Positions 1-7,742 are shown, counted from the stretch's first letter. The stretch is DNA of 15,882 nucleotides from an uncultured Gammaproteobacteria bacterium (GCA_964522265.1 CAZFVS010000006.1:3933-19814), one strand, 5' to 3'. Made by a program: numbers and translations. The notes: generated from the letters alone by a model not told the origin.

Positions 1-240
1 ATCCAGACCATTATCCAAAACAATAGTTATACTTCCGCGAAGACAGAAGATTACCTGTTTTGTTTTTTTGTGAGCATGTCTACCCCTAACTGCATTTTTT
101 ATCACGTCAAAGATGTAATAAACCCGTTTGATAGCAAAAGGGATGTGATTATTCTCCTCCATAAAGCACAAGTAACCCTCATCCAGAATTTTGGGAAGTT
201 CAATGATATAAGACAGCTTGGTTTTTCTAATATTATTCAT
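1..240 (-). CDS. Sugar 3,4-ketoisomerase of the FdtA/QdtA/WxcM-like cupin family; N-terminal 80 codons only, gene continues past the left window edge
   Basis: Manual translation of the minus strand from ATG at 240-238 gives MNNIRKTKLSYIIELPKILDEGYLCFMEENNHIPFAIKRVYYIFDVIKNAVRGRHAHKKTKQVIFCLRGSITIVLDNGLD with no stop down to nt 1. The blocks IPFxIKRVYYIFD and RGxHAHKKxxQVxxCLxGSxxxxLDxG are the signature I recall for FdtA-type dTDP-4-keto-6-deoxyglucose 3,4-isomerases. The start overlaps the upstream GT4 stop (233-235) by 8 nt. It is not in the ORF track because it is open at the edge. Confidence 0.8.
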   Translation of the reverse strand, partial: MNNIRKTKLSYIIELPKILDEGYLCFMEENNHIPFAIKRVYYIFDVIKNAVRGRHAHKKTKQVIFCLRGSITIVLDNGLD

Positions 241-1342
241 ATCTTTTTTCCTTATTTAAAACATATTCTAAAAAATCTTCAAACTGTTCTGCTACTTTTT
301 CCCAGCTAAATTCTTTTGCAAATTCTCTCGCACTTTTTCTCATTTTCCTATTTAGATTCGGCTTCGTACCCTCTAATAATTTTCCAGCATAATCATCAAG
401 ATCAAATCGTTTTGCCTTAAGCGCAACTGTCTTTTTAATCCATCTACTCTCAGGAAGATCAAATGCCACTACCGGCAGTCCCGCTGCTAAAGCTTCTAGT
501 GTCCAAAGCGAAATTTCATCATGCCTTGAAGGAAAAACTACAAATACAGACTCCTCAATCAACCTAATCTTTTTTTCACCATACGCCGGACCTAATATTT
601 TGACTTTTCCATCAAGTTTTAAATCTGATATTAACTTTTTAATTTTTTCCTTGTCTGGACCGTGCCCGGCAATTACCAAAGGAAAACCAATCTTGTTTGA
701 AACTTTTGCATAAGACTTAAGCAGTAAATCAATCCCTTTTTGCCAGATATCAAATCTGCTTAAAAATAAAATATATCGTGGTTTTTTATGTATTACCTTA
801 AAAAAGCTTTTATCAACTCCTTGTGGAACAATCCTATAAATAATATTTGGATTTAACTTTTTTGCTTTTGAGCTGTCTGTTTCAGAATAAGGAAGCAGAT
901 ATTTATAAAATCTAATACCAAATTTTTCTATCAGATCAAAAGGTATGTGGTATTTTTTGGCAAACTCAATAGCATTAAACATTGCAGGAAGCCCAACCAC
1001 TGGAATTTTAGTAAACAGCGGGGAAAAGCTGACAGATGTTGGGGCATGGAAATTTTCGATTATTATGTCTGCCTTTATACCTCTTACAAGCATTGGAATT
1101 GACAGAATAAAAAACAGGTTAGTCAAAAGTGGATTTTTATTTACAATCCCCGCATGTCTATAATAAACCCCATCCTCTTGGTAATTTTTAAACCCCGGAT
1201 ATTTGGAACAATAAACTGTAACTTGATGTTTTTTAGCCAACCTTTTACCTACCTCTCTTGTGGCATGTGCAGCTCCTGCTCCCCAAAAAGGATTTTTAAG
1301 GCTGTCCATATCAATAATTGCTATATTCATTTTTGCATTCAT
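233..1342 (-). CDS. GT-B fold glycosyltransferase, family GT4 (Glycos_transf_1 type)
   Basis: 369-aa ORF. The N-terminal MNIAIIDMDSL...GAGAAHATREVGKRLAKKHQVTVY resembles a GT4 N-domain. The C-terminal FPSRHDEISLWTLEALAAGLPVVAF is the GT4 nucleotide-sugar binding block, followed by an FSWEK tail. An alternative start is ATG 1330. Only 1 nt separates it from the upstream acetyltransferase stop. Confidence 0.85.
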   Translation of the reverse strand: MNAKMNIAIIDMDSLKNPFWGAGAAHATREVGKRLAKKHQVTVYCSKYPGFKNYQEDGVYYRHAGIVNKNPLLTNLFFILSIPMLVRGIKADIIIENFHAPTSVSFSPLFTKIPVVGLPAMFNAIEFAKKYHIPFDLIEKFGIRFYKYLLPYSETDSSKAKKLNPNIIYRIVPQGVDKSFFKVIHKKPRYILFLSRFDIWQKGIDLLLKSYAKVSNKIGFPLVIAGHGPDKEKIKKLISDLKLDGKVKILGPAYGEKKIRLIEESVFVVFPSRHDEISLWTLEALAAGLPVVAFDLPESRWIKKTVALKAKRFDLDDYAGKLLEGTKPNLNRKMRKSAREFAKEFSWEKVAEQFEDFLEYVLNKEKRYE

Positions 1343-1343
1343 A

Positions 1344-1925
1344 TTATTTAGTCTCCCATTTTTTGGATTTGGTATTGAATTGTTTTACAATTTTCGCAGG
1401 AGCCCCGATAACCAAACAAAAAGGCGGTACATCATTTACAACAACACTGTTTGCCCCTACTACTGAATTTTTCCCAATGGTTACTCCGGAACAAATTGTT
1501 GCATTTGCCGCAATCCAAACCCCTTCCTCTATGACTACATCCTTTACATTAATATACCCCTGATCTTTAATTGGAACATTTACATTATGATACTCATGGT
1601 CATGATCCCCAATGAAACAATAAGGACCAATCATAGTGTTCTTTTTGATATGAATATTTTTGGCTGCAGCAATAATAGTTCCTGTTGCTACAAATACTCC
1701 ATCATCTATTCTAAGGTTTGGAATTTTATATCCGTGCTCATTAAACTCCTCAAGAAATTTTAATGTTACATTCTTTTCCAGGTGAACCTTATTTCCCAAA
1801 TAAATGTGATTACCATTCAGAATGGTTACATCCTTACCAAATAAAACCCTTGCCCCTAAACAATAGAGGTTGCTAAATAACAGATGATAAAGATAGCGAA
1901 AAGCAAAAGTCCCTTTAGATATCAT
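1344..1925 (-). CDS. Left-handed beta-helix (hexapeptide repeat) O-/N-acetyltransferase, LacA/NodL/WcaF-like
   Basis: 193-aa ORF with serial hexapeptide-type repeats (IEEGVWIAANATICSGVTIGKNSVVGANSVVVNDVPPFCLVIGAPAKIV). This is typical of sugar acetyltransferases. Its ATG (1925-1923) lies inside the last codons of the upstream kinase-like gene, an 11-nt overlap. Confidence 0.85.
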   Translation of the reverse strand: MISKGTFAFRYLYHLLFSNLYCLGARVLFGKDVTILNGNHIYLGNKVHLEKNVTLKFLEEFNEHGYKIPNLRIDDGVFVATGTIIAAAKNIHIKKNTMIGPYCFIGDHDHEYHNVNVPIKDQGYINVKDVVIEEGVWIAANATICSGVTIGKNSVVGANSVVVNDVPPFCLVIGAPAKIVKQFNTKSKKWETK

Positions 1926-2889
1926 ATCTTAATCCTTTATTTAAATAAGTTTTTGTATATTCTGATTCTAAAAATACCCAATATTTTTTCCATACATTGA
2001 AATTGGGATCTGCAAATTGAATGGCTATATAAGATTTCAAAAAACTATTTACAGACGTTTTTAATTTCTTTTCTATATTTCTGGATAAATTCAAGTACGC
2101 AGGATCCAGACTTAAAAGAGCCAAATCATAACCTGGTAAAGTGAGAACCATCCTACCTATATCAACCAGGTATATTTTTGAATCCTTTATTATGACGTTA
2201 TGAGGCTTAAGATCCCGATGGGCTAGGCATAAACCATCATTTATATTTTGTGAAAGCAACATCCTGAGTGTTGCCAAAAATGCTTTAATAACTATTCCAT
2301 AATTTCGATTACTTCTAAGAATTGTTAAGAAACTTAAATATGGCAATGAAACTAAATAGAACACAATATTTCGTTTAGGAAAAAGTTTAACCTCATCTTT
2401 TGTCAGTAAGCTGGATGTTTGGTTTAACTCATTGATAATATGGACAAAGGTTTTGGTCTGATAATTTAATGAAAATTTACTTAATGTTTTTCCTTCAATG
2501 AATTCGTAAACAATTGATATCGACTTAGTAGAGGTAATTATCTCAATTGGCTTAGGTGTTGTAATTTTATTTTTTGCTATATTTAGTGTTTTATATAATA
2601 AATTACTTATAAACCACTCATTCAAAATAAAGTAACTTTTATAATCTTTTATTCCTGCCTCAAAAGTTTTTATAAAATAACTTCTCTGGTTTTTTATATA
2701 ACATCCCATCATTGAATCTACGTAATTATTTTCCTTTTTAATTGCTTTAAGCAACTTGTACTTACCAATTCGCTTAAATTGCCGTATTTTTTCTTTGTCT
2801 CTATTTAACCCTAACGCATGGATAAATGAACCTATTATTAGGTTTATGAAAGATGGTTTTTGAATAATAGAATTTGACAATTTTTTCAT
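1915..2889 (-). CDS. Minimal protein-kinase-like (PKL) fold phosphotransferase; LPS-kinase/APH-like, substrate unknown
   Basis: 324-aa ORF. The catalytic-loop motif HRDLKPHN sits at aa 224-231 (nt 2197-2220, verified by back-translation). It is followed by YLVDIG, a DFG-like metal-binding Asp at aa 243-245. A candidate beta3 Lys lies in SYFIKTF and a hinge-like segment in IVYEFIEG. There is no obvious Gly-rich loop or APE motif. The gene is extremely AT-rich. Confidence 0.6.
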   Translation of the reverse strand: MKKLSNSIIQKPSFINLIIGSFIHALGLNRDKEKIRQFKRIGKYKLLKAIKKENNYVDSMMGCYIKNQRSYFIKTFEAGIKDYKSYFILNEWFISNLLYKTLNIAKNKITTPKPIEIITSTKSISIVYEFIEGKTLSKFSLNYQTKTFVHIINELNQTSSLLTKDEVKLFPKRNIVFYLVSLPYLSFLTILRSNRNYGIVIKAFLATLRMLLSQNINDGLCLAHRDLKPHNVIIKDSKIYLVDIGRMVLTLPGYDLALLSLDPAYLNLSRNIEKKLKTSVNSFLKSYIAIQFADPNFNVWKKYWVFLESEYTKTYLNKGLRYDI

Positions 2890-2898
2890 ATATTTATA

Positions 2899-5800
2899 TT
2901 AAAATTCCAATATTTTCATAAGTTTACCGCTGCTTTTCTCCCAGCTAAATTGCTTGACCCATTGCTTTGAATATTCTTCCAAGGAAATTCTAAATTCTTC
3001 ATCCTTTAACACTTTACAAATTGCTTCTATCCATTTTTCCTGGTTATCCCAAGTCACCAGTAAACCCGTATGGGGATTTAGAACCGAATCCCTAAGCCCT
3101 GGTACATCAGAAGCAATGACGGTAGTCCCTGCCGCATAAGCCTCAATAATAGTGATACCCCACCCTTCAATTTTTGACGGCTGAACTAAAGCCCACGATT
3201 TGGCGAAAAGTTCAATCTTTGATTTTTCAGATACACTACCTGTAAATTTAACAATCTTACTAAGTCTTAATTTTTTAACCAATCTTTTAAGCGGAACCTT
3301 GCTTTCACCTGCACCTGCAATAGTTAAAGTAATCTCCGGGATTTCCTTTTTGATTTTTTTCATAATTAATATCAGCTTATCTATTGATTTATACGGTTTT
3401 AATCTTCCAAGATATAGCAGTGAAGGTTTCGTGCTTTTCTTAAATTTTGTCTGGAATTTTTCTAAATCCACTCCAGGACTCACTATTGATATTTCGGACT
3501 GTTTACCCATACCTAATTCTGTTATTGCTTGTCTTGAAGATTCTGATACTGTTATGATTTTTTCTTTTTTGTAAATTAGAGGCATAACCTCACCTTCCAA
3601 AAACTTTCCAATTTGAGCTAAAGGAAATTTTAGATCTGTTAAAAATACTTCCTGATGAACATGATGAATTAATAGAAACTTTTTCTCTTTTGCATACAAT
3701 GGTGTAAAAAATGGTACTCCGTTTTCCGAATCTATAATGACATCGAATTTCCCTCTAAATTTAAACATGTAATACAGAAACGCCCACAGATAAACCATGT
3801 AAAATCCACCTCTGCGATAAATCTGGATTCCATCAATGACCTCATTTTTCATACTCTTGCCATCATTACCTGAAAATATTGCAACATAAGAACCTTCTTG
3901 AATCCACCTTTTTGCAAGTTCATGAATATAAACCTCTGCTCCTCCTGCCCACTTATGTTTTATATCTCTCCAATTAAATATAAGTATCCTTAATTTTCTA
4001 TTCGCCTCTAGGGTAGGACTTTCTATCCTGCCAAATAATGCCAATATATCGGAGAGATTATTTTCAAAAATCCTTAAATATTTAACCAGTGAATGCAGAC
4101 TTAATGTCACAATAAGATGAATTGTCAGGATTGACGAGGTAACCAAAGCAATTGCACCTGCGTCCCGATGGTATATCTGTATTAATCCAATCTGGATTAA
4201 AACTAAAAGAGAAGTAAAAACAGTAAATGAATAAACTCTTTTAACCAGATAATAATCTACGAAAACTTTTGAAATTGAATAACAAGCCATTCCAAAAGTA
4301 AAAAAGAGTAGGTTCGGAACAATAGCAGAAGCCTTTGCCCCATAAAGCATTGGAATTGTTATTCCTCCCAAAACTCCAAAGGTAAAAAAACCACCAAGAG
4401 AAAGCAGAACTGTAGCAAGAAGGAGTATTTTAAGGATTCTATCAGAATTTCTCTTAGCTCCTTCCTCTCTGCTTACTAAAGGAATCATAAAGGGAGAGGT
4501 CAATGCTCCTAAAAAGAAGACCATCTTACCAACCAATGACAAAAGAGCATATTTTCCTGCTTCGGCTTGAGGTAAAAAGTGATTAGCCAAGAGGATGTCA
4601 ACTGTCAGGAATGCTACTGAAGAAAATGCTGTTAATAAAGATGCTGCAAAAAACTTTTTAGGAAACTTCTGAATTTCTGAACCGGGCGCATCATGCTCTT
4701 TCTCTTTGATTTGTCTAACAAGTATTAACCATCCTGCAAGAAAAGCTACTATAATAGAAAGAGGTATAGCCGAAAATGCCCAACGCCCCAGACCTATCCA
4801 TACCAAAGAAGCTGCTGTCAACATCTTAACAGCAGGTTCCAATACATCTATAAAAGCCAGGGTGCCAAACATTAGGTGCGAAGACAAAAAGCCACTATTT
4901 GCTCCATTAATAAATCCAACCAATAAAATTGCTCCAAAAAATATAAATAGAAACGGATTATCGACATTGAAATATTTCATTAAAAATGGAGTAGAAAATA
5001 ACCAAACAGTGGTTATCAAAACGGAAAAAATAAATGCTTTCTTTTGTAAATACTGCCAAAAACTAAAACCAGCATTTTCCCCGTACTTCCCAATCAAAAA
5101 CCCACTCCTGAAATTTGCAGTTGTTGTAAAAGCATTCAAAAGAACAGAACTAAAGGAGACAAATGCCCCAAGAAGTCCAATCAATGCAAAATCCTTAAAA
5201 TCTAATACCCGGCCTAAGAATGCATTAAAAATAAAGTTTAAAATATTGGCAACCATAGAAGCCACCACAATTGCCATTCCTCCTATGTAAGTTTTTTTAC
5301 CTGCAATAATTCCGATTAATTTATGGCGTAGGTTATATGGAAAAGCGATAGATTGTTGCTCTTGCTTTTTGTCCAAATGGAATCCATGTACTGTTTTTTC
5401 CCAATAGTGGGGTTTGAAGATAAGCTGGTAGATGGCTAGAACTGCAGCGAAGGATGCCATCAGCCAGTAAAGGGGGATTAAATAGATATATTTTATTAGG
5501 CTGTACTGGCCTTTTTTTGCACAACCTATCATATAGTTGTAAACGTACATAAAATTCCCAAATACTAAGGAAAAAATAGCCATATAAAAAACCGGGGCGG
5601 GGTAGAATGATTCAATAGTCGGCCCGACAATTGCATAGAGGGTAAAATATGAAATAGTCAGCGCCCAAAGAATCGGATTTATCAGTAAAAAGGAGATCCT
5701 TGCTCCTATAATCAACTGGAAAATAAGCGCATGGTGTTTATGGCTTACTAAAAATTTCAGGTCATCCCGAGAATGCACAAGATAGGTTTGCAGGTAACCC

Positions 5801-7512
5801 TTAATCCATCTTGAACGCTGTCTTAACCAATTTTTAAGATTACTGTTTGCTTCCTCTAAGGTTGTTGATTCAATAATTGCTGTTTTGTATCCCTTTTTGA
5901 AAAGTCTTACCCCCAGGTCACAATCCTCGGTAACGTTAAACGGATCCCAACCCTCAAGTTCCCGCAGCGCAGATATCTTAAAGTGATTACTGGTTCCCCC
6001 TAAAGGTATAGTTGTATTAATAGCCTGGAAACCTGTTAACATCACATCAAACCAAAGTGAGTACTCTGCCGTAAAAAGGCGGGTTAAAAGATTTTGGTGA
6101 GGGTTAAAGTAGTTGAGTTTTGCCTGTAAACAAACTGTTTTTTGGTCCAGTTTGCTAAAAGCCAGGTAAGCTTTTTTCAGCTGATCGCTATCGGGGATAT
6201 CCTCAGCATCATAAATTACGATCAAATCTCCTCGAGCTTTAGCCAAACCATAGTTACAGGCTTTTGGTTTGGTTTTAGGTTGGGACAGCGGTACGATTGT
6301 AGTTTTTATAAAATCAGGCAGCGTTAAACCTTTTACTTTATTTATTGTCTCGAGATCGTCTTCCTCCAGAAGCAGCTGGACATCCAGCTTATTTTTAGGC
6401 CAATCCAATTTTGAAATAGCTTTTATAAAGTTCGGGACAACTGCCGCTTCCTTATACAAAGGACAAAGTATTGAGTAAATAGGTAATGTGTTTTGATCAA
6501 TGTTGTCCAATTCCTCCTTGGTAAAATTCAATTCAGGACAGGAGTGAAGACTTTTAGTAATTAAAAATAAGGAGAAGAGTGCGTCAATAAAATAAATGAG
6601 GCTCAAGGCTCCTATAATGATTTGCAGAGTTAGCAACCAATTTAAAAAAAGTCCTGATGCTATATAAAACAAAAGCAGAGCTGCGGCAAGTTTTTGATAT
6701 AGATGAAAAGTTTTAAAGGCTGAAAGGTTATGGTTTAGTGTTGTATGGGTTACAAAACGACTGCCTTTATGGGCAATTCCGGACCCCAGCATACTTTCAT
6801 TTGATTCAGGTTTGATTTTATAAACTTTTTTACTTGAAAATTTGGTTTTTAAAGCCCTCGCTCCTATTTCTAATGAAGTTTTAACAATACTAATACTTGA
6901 ATTTCCGTATTCCCTTTTATCAAACTTGATATCAAAAGACCCAATTGTATAACCCAATTCCCTGGCTGTTAAAAGAAGCGGTAAATCAATTGTCCATGCC
7001 GACAGCTTGTTCTCGTCAAGGGCTTCGATAACTTCTCTTTTAAAAAGTTTAAGTCCTGACTGGACATCACATTTCAAACCGAAAAGAAATTTTCCGAATA
7101 TATTCCTGAACGCTGAATTTAACAACTTCCTAATAGGTTTATCGTTATAGTCAACCCTGTTGGCAACAACCACACCATGTTCGGAGAGCATTCTGAACAT
7201 TTCCGGAATAGCTTCAGGCGGGTATTGAAGATCCCCATCTATCATGGCGAAGTACTCACCTTCAACCGCTTTTACCCCTTCGATTATCGAATATGCTTTC
7301 CCGGGCTTGCCTTGTTTGTAAATAAGTTTAACCGAATAAAATTTCTGAAGACTGAATATAAAATCCGCTGTTTTATCCTCAGACCGATCATCTACAAAAA
7401 TAATTGTGTAGTTTATGCCGGATGAGGACATGGCAGAAGCAATCCTTTTTACCAAAGGCACTATATTGCCTTCCTCATTTTTAACTGGAATAATAATATT
7501 TAAATAATCCAT
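2899..7512 (-). CDS. 1537-aa multidomain membrane glycan-assembly protein: polyprenyl-phosphate-type GT2 + processive GT2 synthase + Wzx/MOP flippase-like domain + GT4
   Basis: Uninterrupted 4614-nt ORF.
- Module 1, aa 4-225: NIIIPVKNEE, FVDDRSEDKT, IDGDLQYPPE (Dpm1/GtrB/ArnC-like GT2).
- Two hydrophobic spans at aa ~272-318.
- Module 2, aa ~343-580: DAED (nt 6199-6210), TED (5923-5931), QRSRW (5806-5820), then ~4 hydrophobic spans to aa ~698.
- Module 3, aa ~741-1143: ~12 hydrophobic spans with Wzx-like N-terminal (ANILNFIFNAFLGRVLDFKDFALIGL) and mid (LLANHFLPQAEAGKYALLSL) blocks.
- Module 4, aa ~1174-1537: GT4 with EGWGITIIEAYAAGTTVIASDVPGLRDSV and an FSWEK tail. Confidence 0.9.
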   Translation of the reverse strand: MDYLNIIIPVKNEEGNIVPLVKRIASAMSSSGINYTIIFVDDRSEDKTADFIFSLQKFYSVKLIYKQGKPGKAYSIIEGVKAVEGEYFAMIDGDLQYPPEAIPEMFRMLSEHGVVVANRVDYNDKPIRKLLNSAFRNIFGKFLFGLKCDVQSGLKLFKREVIEALDENKLSAWTIDLPLLLTARELGYTIGSFDIKFDKREYGNSSISIVKTSLEIGARALKTKFSSKKVYKIKPESNESMLGSGIAHKGSRFVTHTTLNHNLSAFKTFHLYQKLAAALLLFYIASGLFLNWLLTLQIIIGALSLIYFIDALFSLFLITKSLHSCPELNFTKEELDNIDQNTLPIYSILCPLYKEAAVVPNFIKAISKLDWPKNKLDVQLLLEEDDLETINKVKGLTLPDFIKTTIVPLSQPKTKPKACNYGLAKARGDLIVIYDAEDIPDSDQLKKAYLAFSKLDQKTVCLQAKLNYFNPHQNLLTRLFTAEYSLWFDVMLTGFQAINTTIPLGGTSNHFKISALRELEGWDPFNVTEDCDLGVRLFKKGYKTAIIESTTLEEANSNLKNWLRQRSRWIKGYLQTYLVHSRDDLKFLVSHKHHALIFQLIIGARISFLLINPILWALTISYFTLYAIVGPTIESFYPAPVFYMAIFSLVFGNFMYVYNYMIGCAKKGQYSLIKYIYLIPLYWLMASFAAVLAIYQLIFKPHYWEKTVHGFHLDKKQEQQSIAFPYNLRHKLIGIIAGKKTYIGGMAIVVASMVANILNFIFNAFLGRVLDFKDFALIGLLGAFVSFSSVLLNAFTTTANFRSGFLIGKYGENAGFSFWQYLQKKAFIFSVLITTVWLFSTPFLMKYFNVDNPFLFIFFGAILLVGFINGANSGFLSSHLMFGTLAFIDVLEPAVKMLTAASLVWIGLGRWAFSAIPLSIIVAFLAGWLILVRQIKEKEHDAPGSEIQKFPKKFFAASLLTAFSSVAFLTVDILLANHFLPQAEAGKYALLSLVGKMVFFLGALTSPFMIPLVSREEGAKRNSDRILKILLLATVLLSLGGFFTFGVLGGITIPMLYGAKASAIVPNLLFFTFGMACYSISKVFVDYYLVKRVYSFTVFTSLLVLIQIGLIQIYHRDAGAIALVTSSILTIHLIVTLSLHSLVKYLRIFENNLSDILALFGRIESPTLEANRKLRILIFNWRDIKHKWAGGAEVYIHELAKRWIQEGSYVAIFSGNDGKSMKNEVIDGIQIYRRGGFYMVYLWAFLYYMFKFRGKFDVIIDSENGVPFFTPLYAKEKKFLLIHHVHQEVFLTDLKFPLAQIGKFLEGEVMPLIYKKEKIITVSESSRQAITELGMGKQSEISIVSPGVDLEKFQTKFKKSTKPSLLYLGRLKPYKSIDKLILIMKKIKKEIPEITLTIAGAGESKVPLKRLVKKLRLSKIVKFTGSVSEKSKIELFAKSWALVQPSKIEGWGITIIEAYAAGTTVIASDVPGLRDSVLNPHTGLLVTWDNQEKWIEAICKVLKDEEFRISLEEYSKQWVKQFSWEKSSGKLMKILEF

Positions 7513-7707
7513 AACCTATATTAAAAAGGCTCTATCTCATCAAAAAATTAGGTTTTGGGCAGAGGCCTTATTTACAAAGGCCTATAATAACATATGTGGA
7601 TTGAAAAGTCCAACCTATAGATATTTTATCTTCGCAGGACCAAACAACCGATGCTTAAAAATGCTTTTAATTGTTAACCCATTTTAAACCAATAGTCAAG
7701 TTTTATC

Positions 7708-7736
7708 TTGTATTATAGGGTTTACTGATATACAAT
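7708..7736 (+). promoter_or_regulatory. Candidate sigma70-type promoter for the PIG-L gene (TTGTAT-N17-TACAAT), -10 ending 6 nt before the ATG
   Basis: TTGTAT at 7708-7713, a 17-nt spacer, TACAAT at 7731-7736, ATG at 7743. No Shine-Dalgarno motif lies in between. AT-rich context, so chance matches are likely. Confidence 0.3.
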
Positions 7737-7742
7737 ATTAAG

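Noticed and set aside
70-309. 79-aa plus-strand ORF at the left edge
   Set aside because: It lies antisense to two minus-strand genes with clear family signatures, the FdtA-like start and the GT4 C-terminus. It has no recognisable motifs and is a typical shadow ORF.
4706-5290. 194-aa plus-strand ORF, and the similar 3200-3574, 6142-6478 and 7177-7425 ORFs, antisense to the giant gene
   Set aside because: They are Lys/Asn/Pro-rich and low-complexity, as expected from the reverse complement of Phe/Ile/Leu/Gly-rich membrane codons. They are fully embedded in a gene with strong domain signatures and have no start-site signals.
2899-7512. Possibility that the 1537-aa ORF is an assembly or frameshift artefact joining 3-4 adjacent genes
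   Set aside because: No stop occurs in 4.6 kb of AT-rich sequence. The linkers between modules are hydrophobic TM segments rather than intergenic-like sequence. The even TM counts give a coherent topology. It still deserves read-level verification, so it is kept as a check under the finding rather than as a conclusion.
7594-7620. 8-codon mini-ORF (MWIEKSNL) starting 5 nt after the TATAAT at 7583-7588
   Set aside because: It is too short, has no conservation evidence available, and is easily produced by chance in AT-rich DNA.
7651-7670. ATGCTT repeated at 10-nt phase, and the TTAAAA-ATGC-TTTTAA palindrome
   Set aside because: Pure A/T arms in an AT-rich intergenic region. The pattern is not distinguishable from background by eye.
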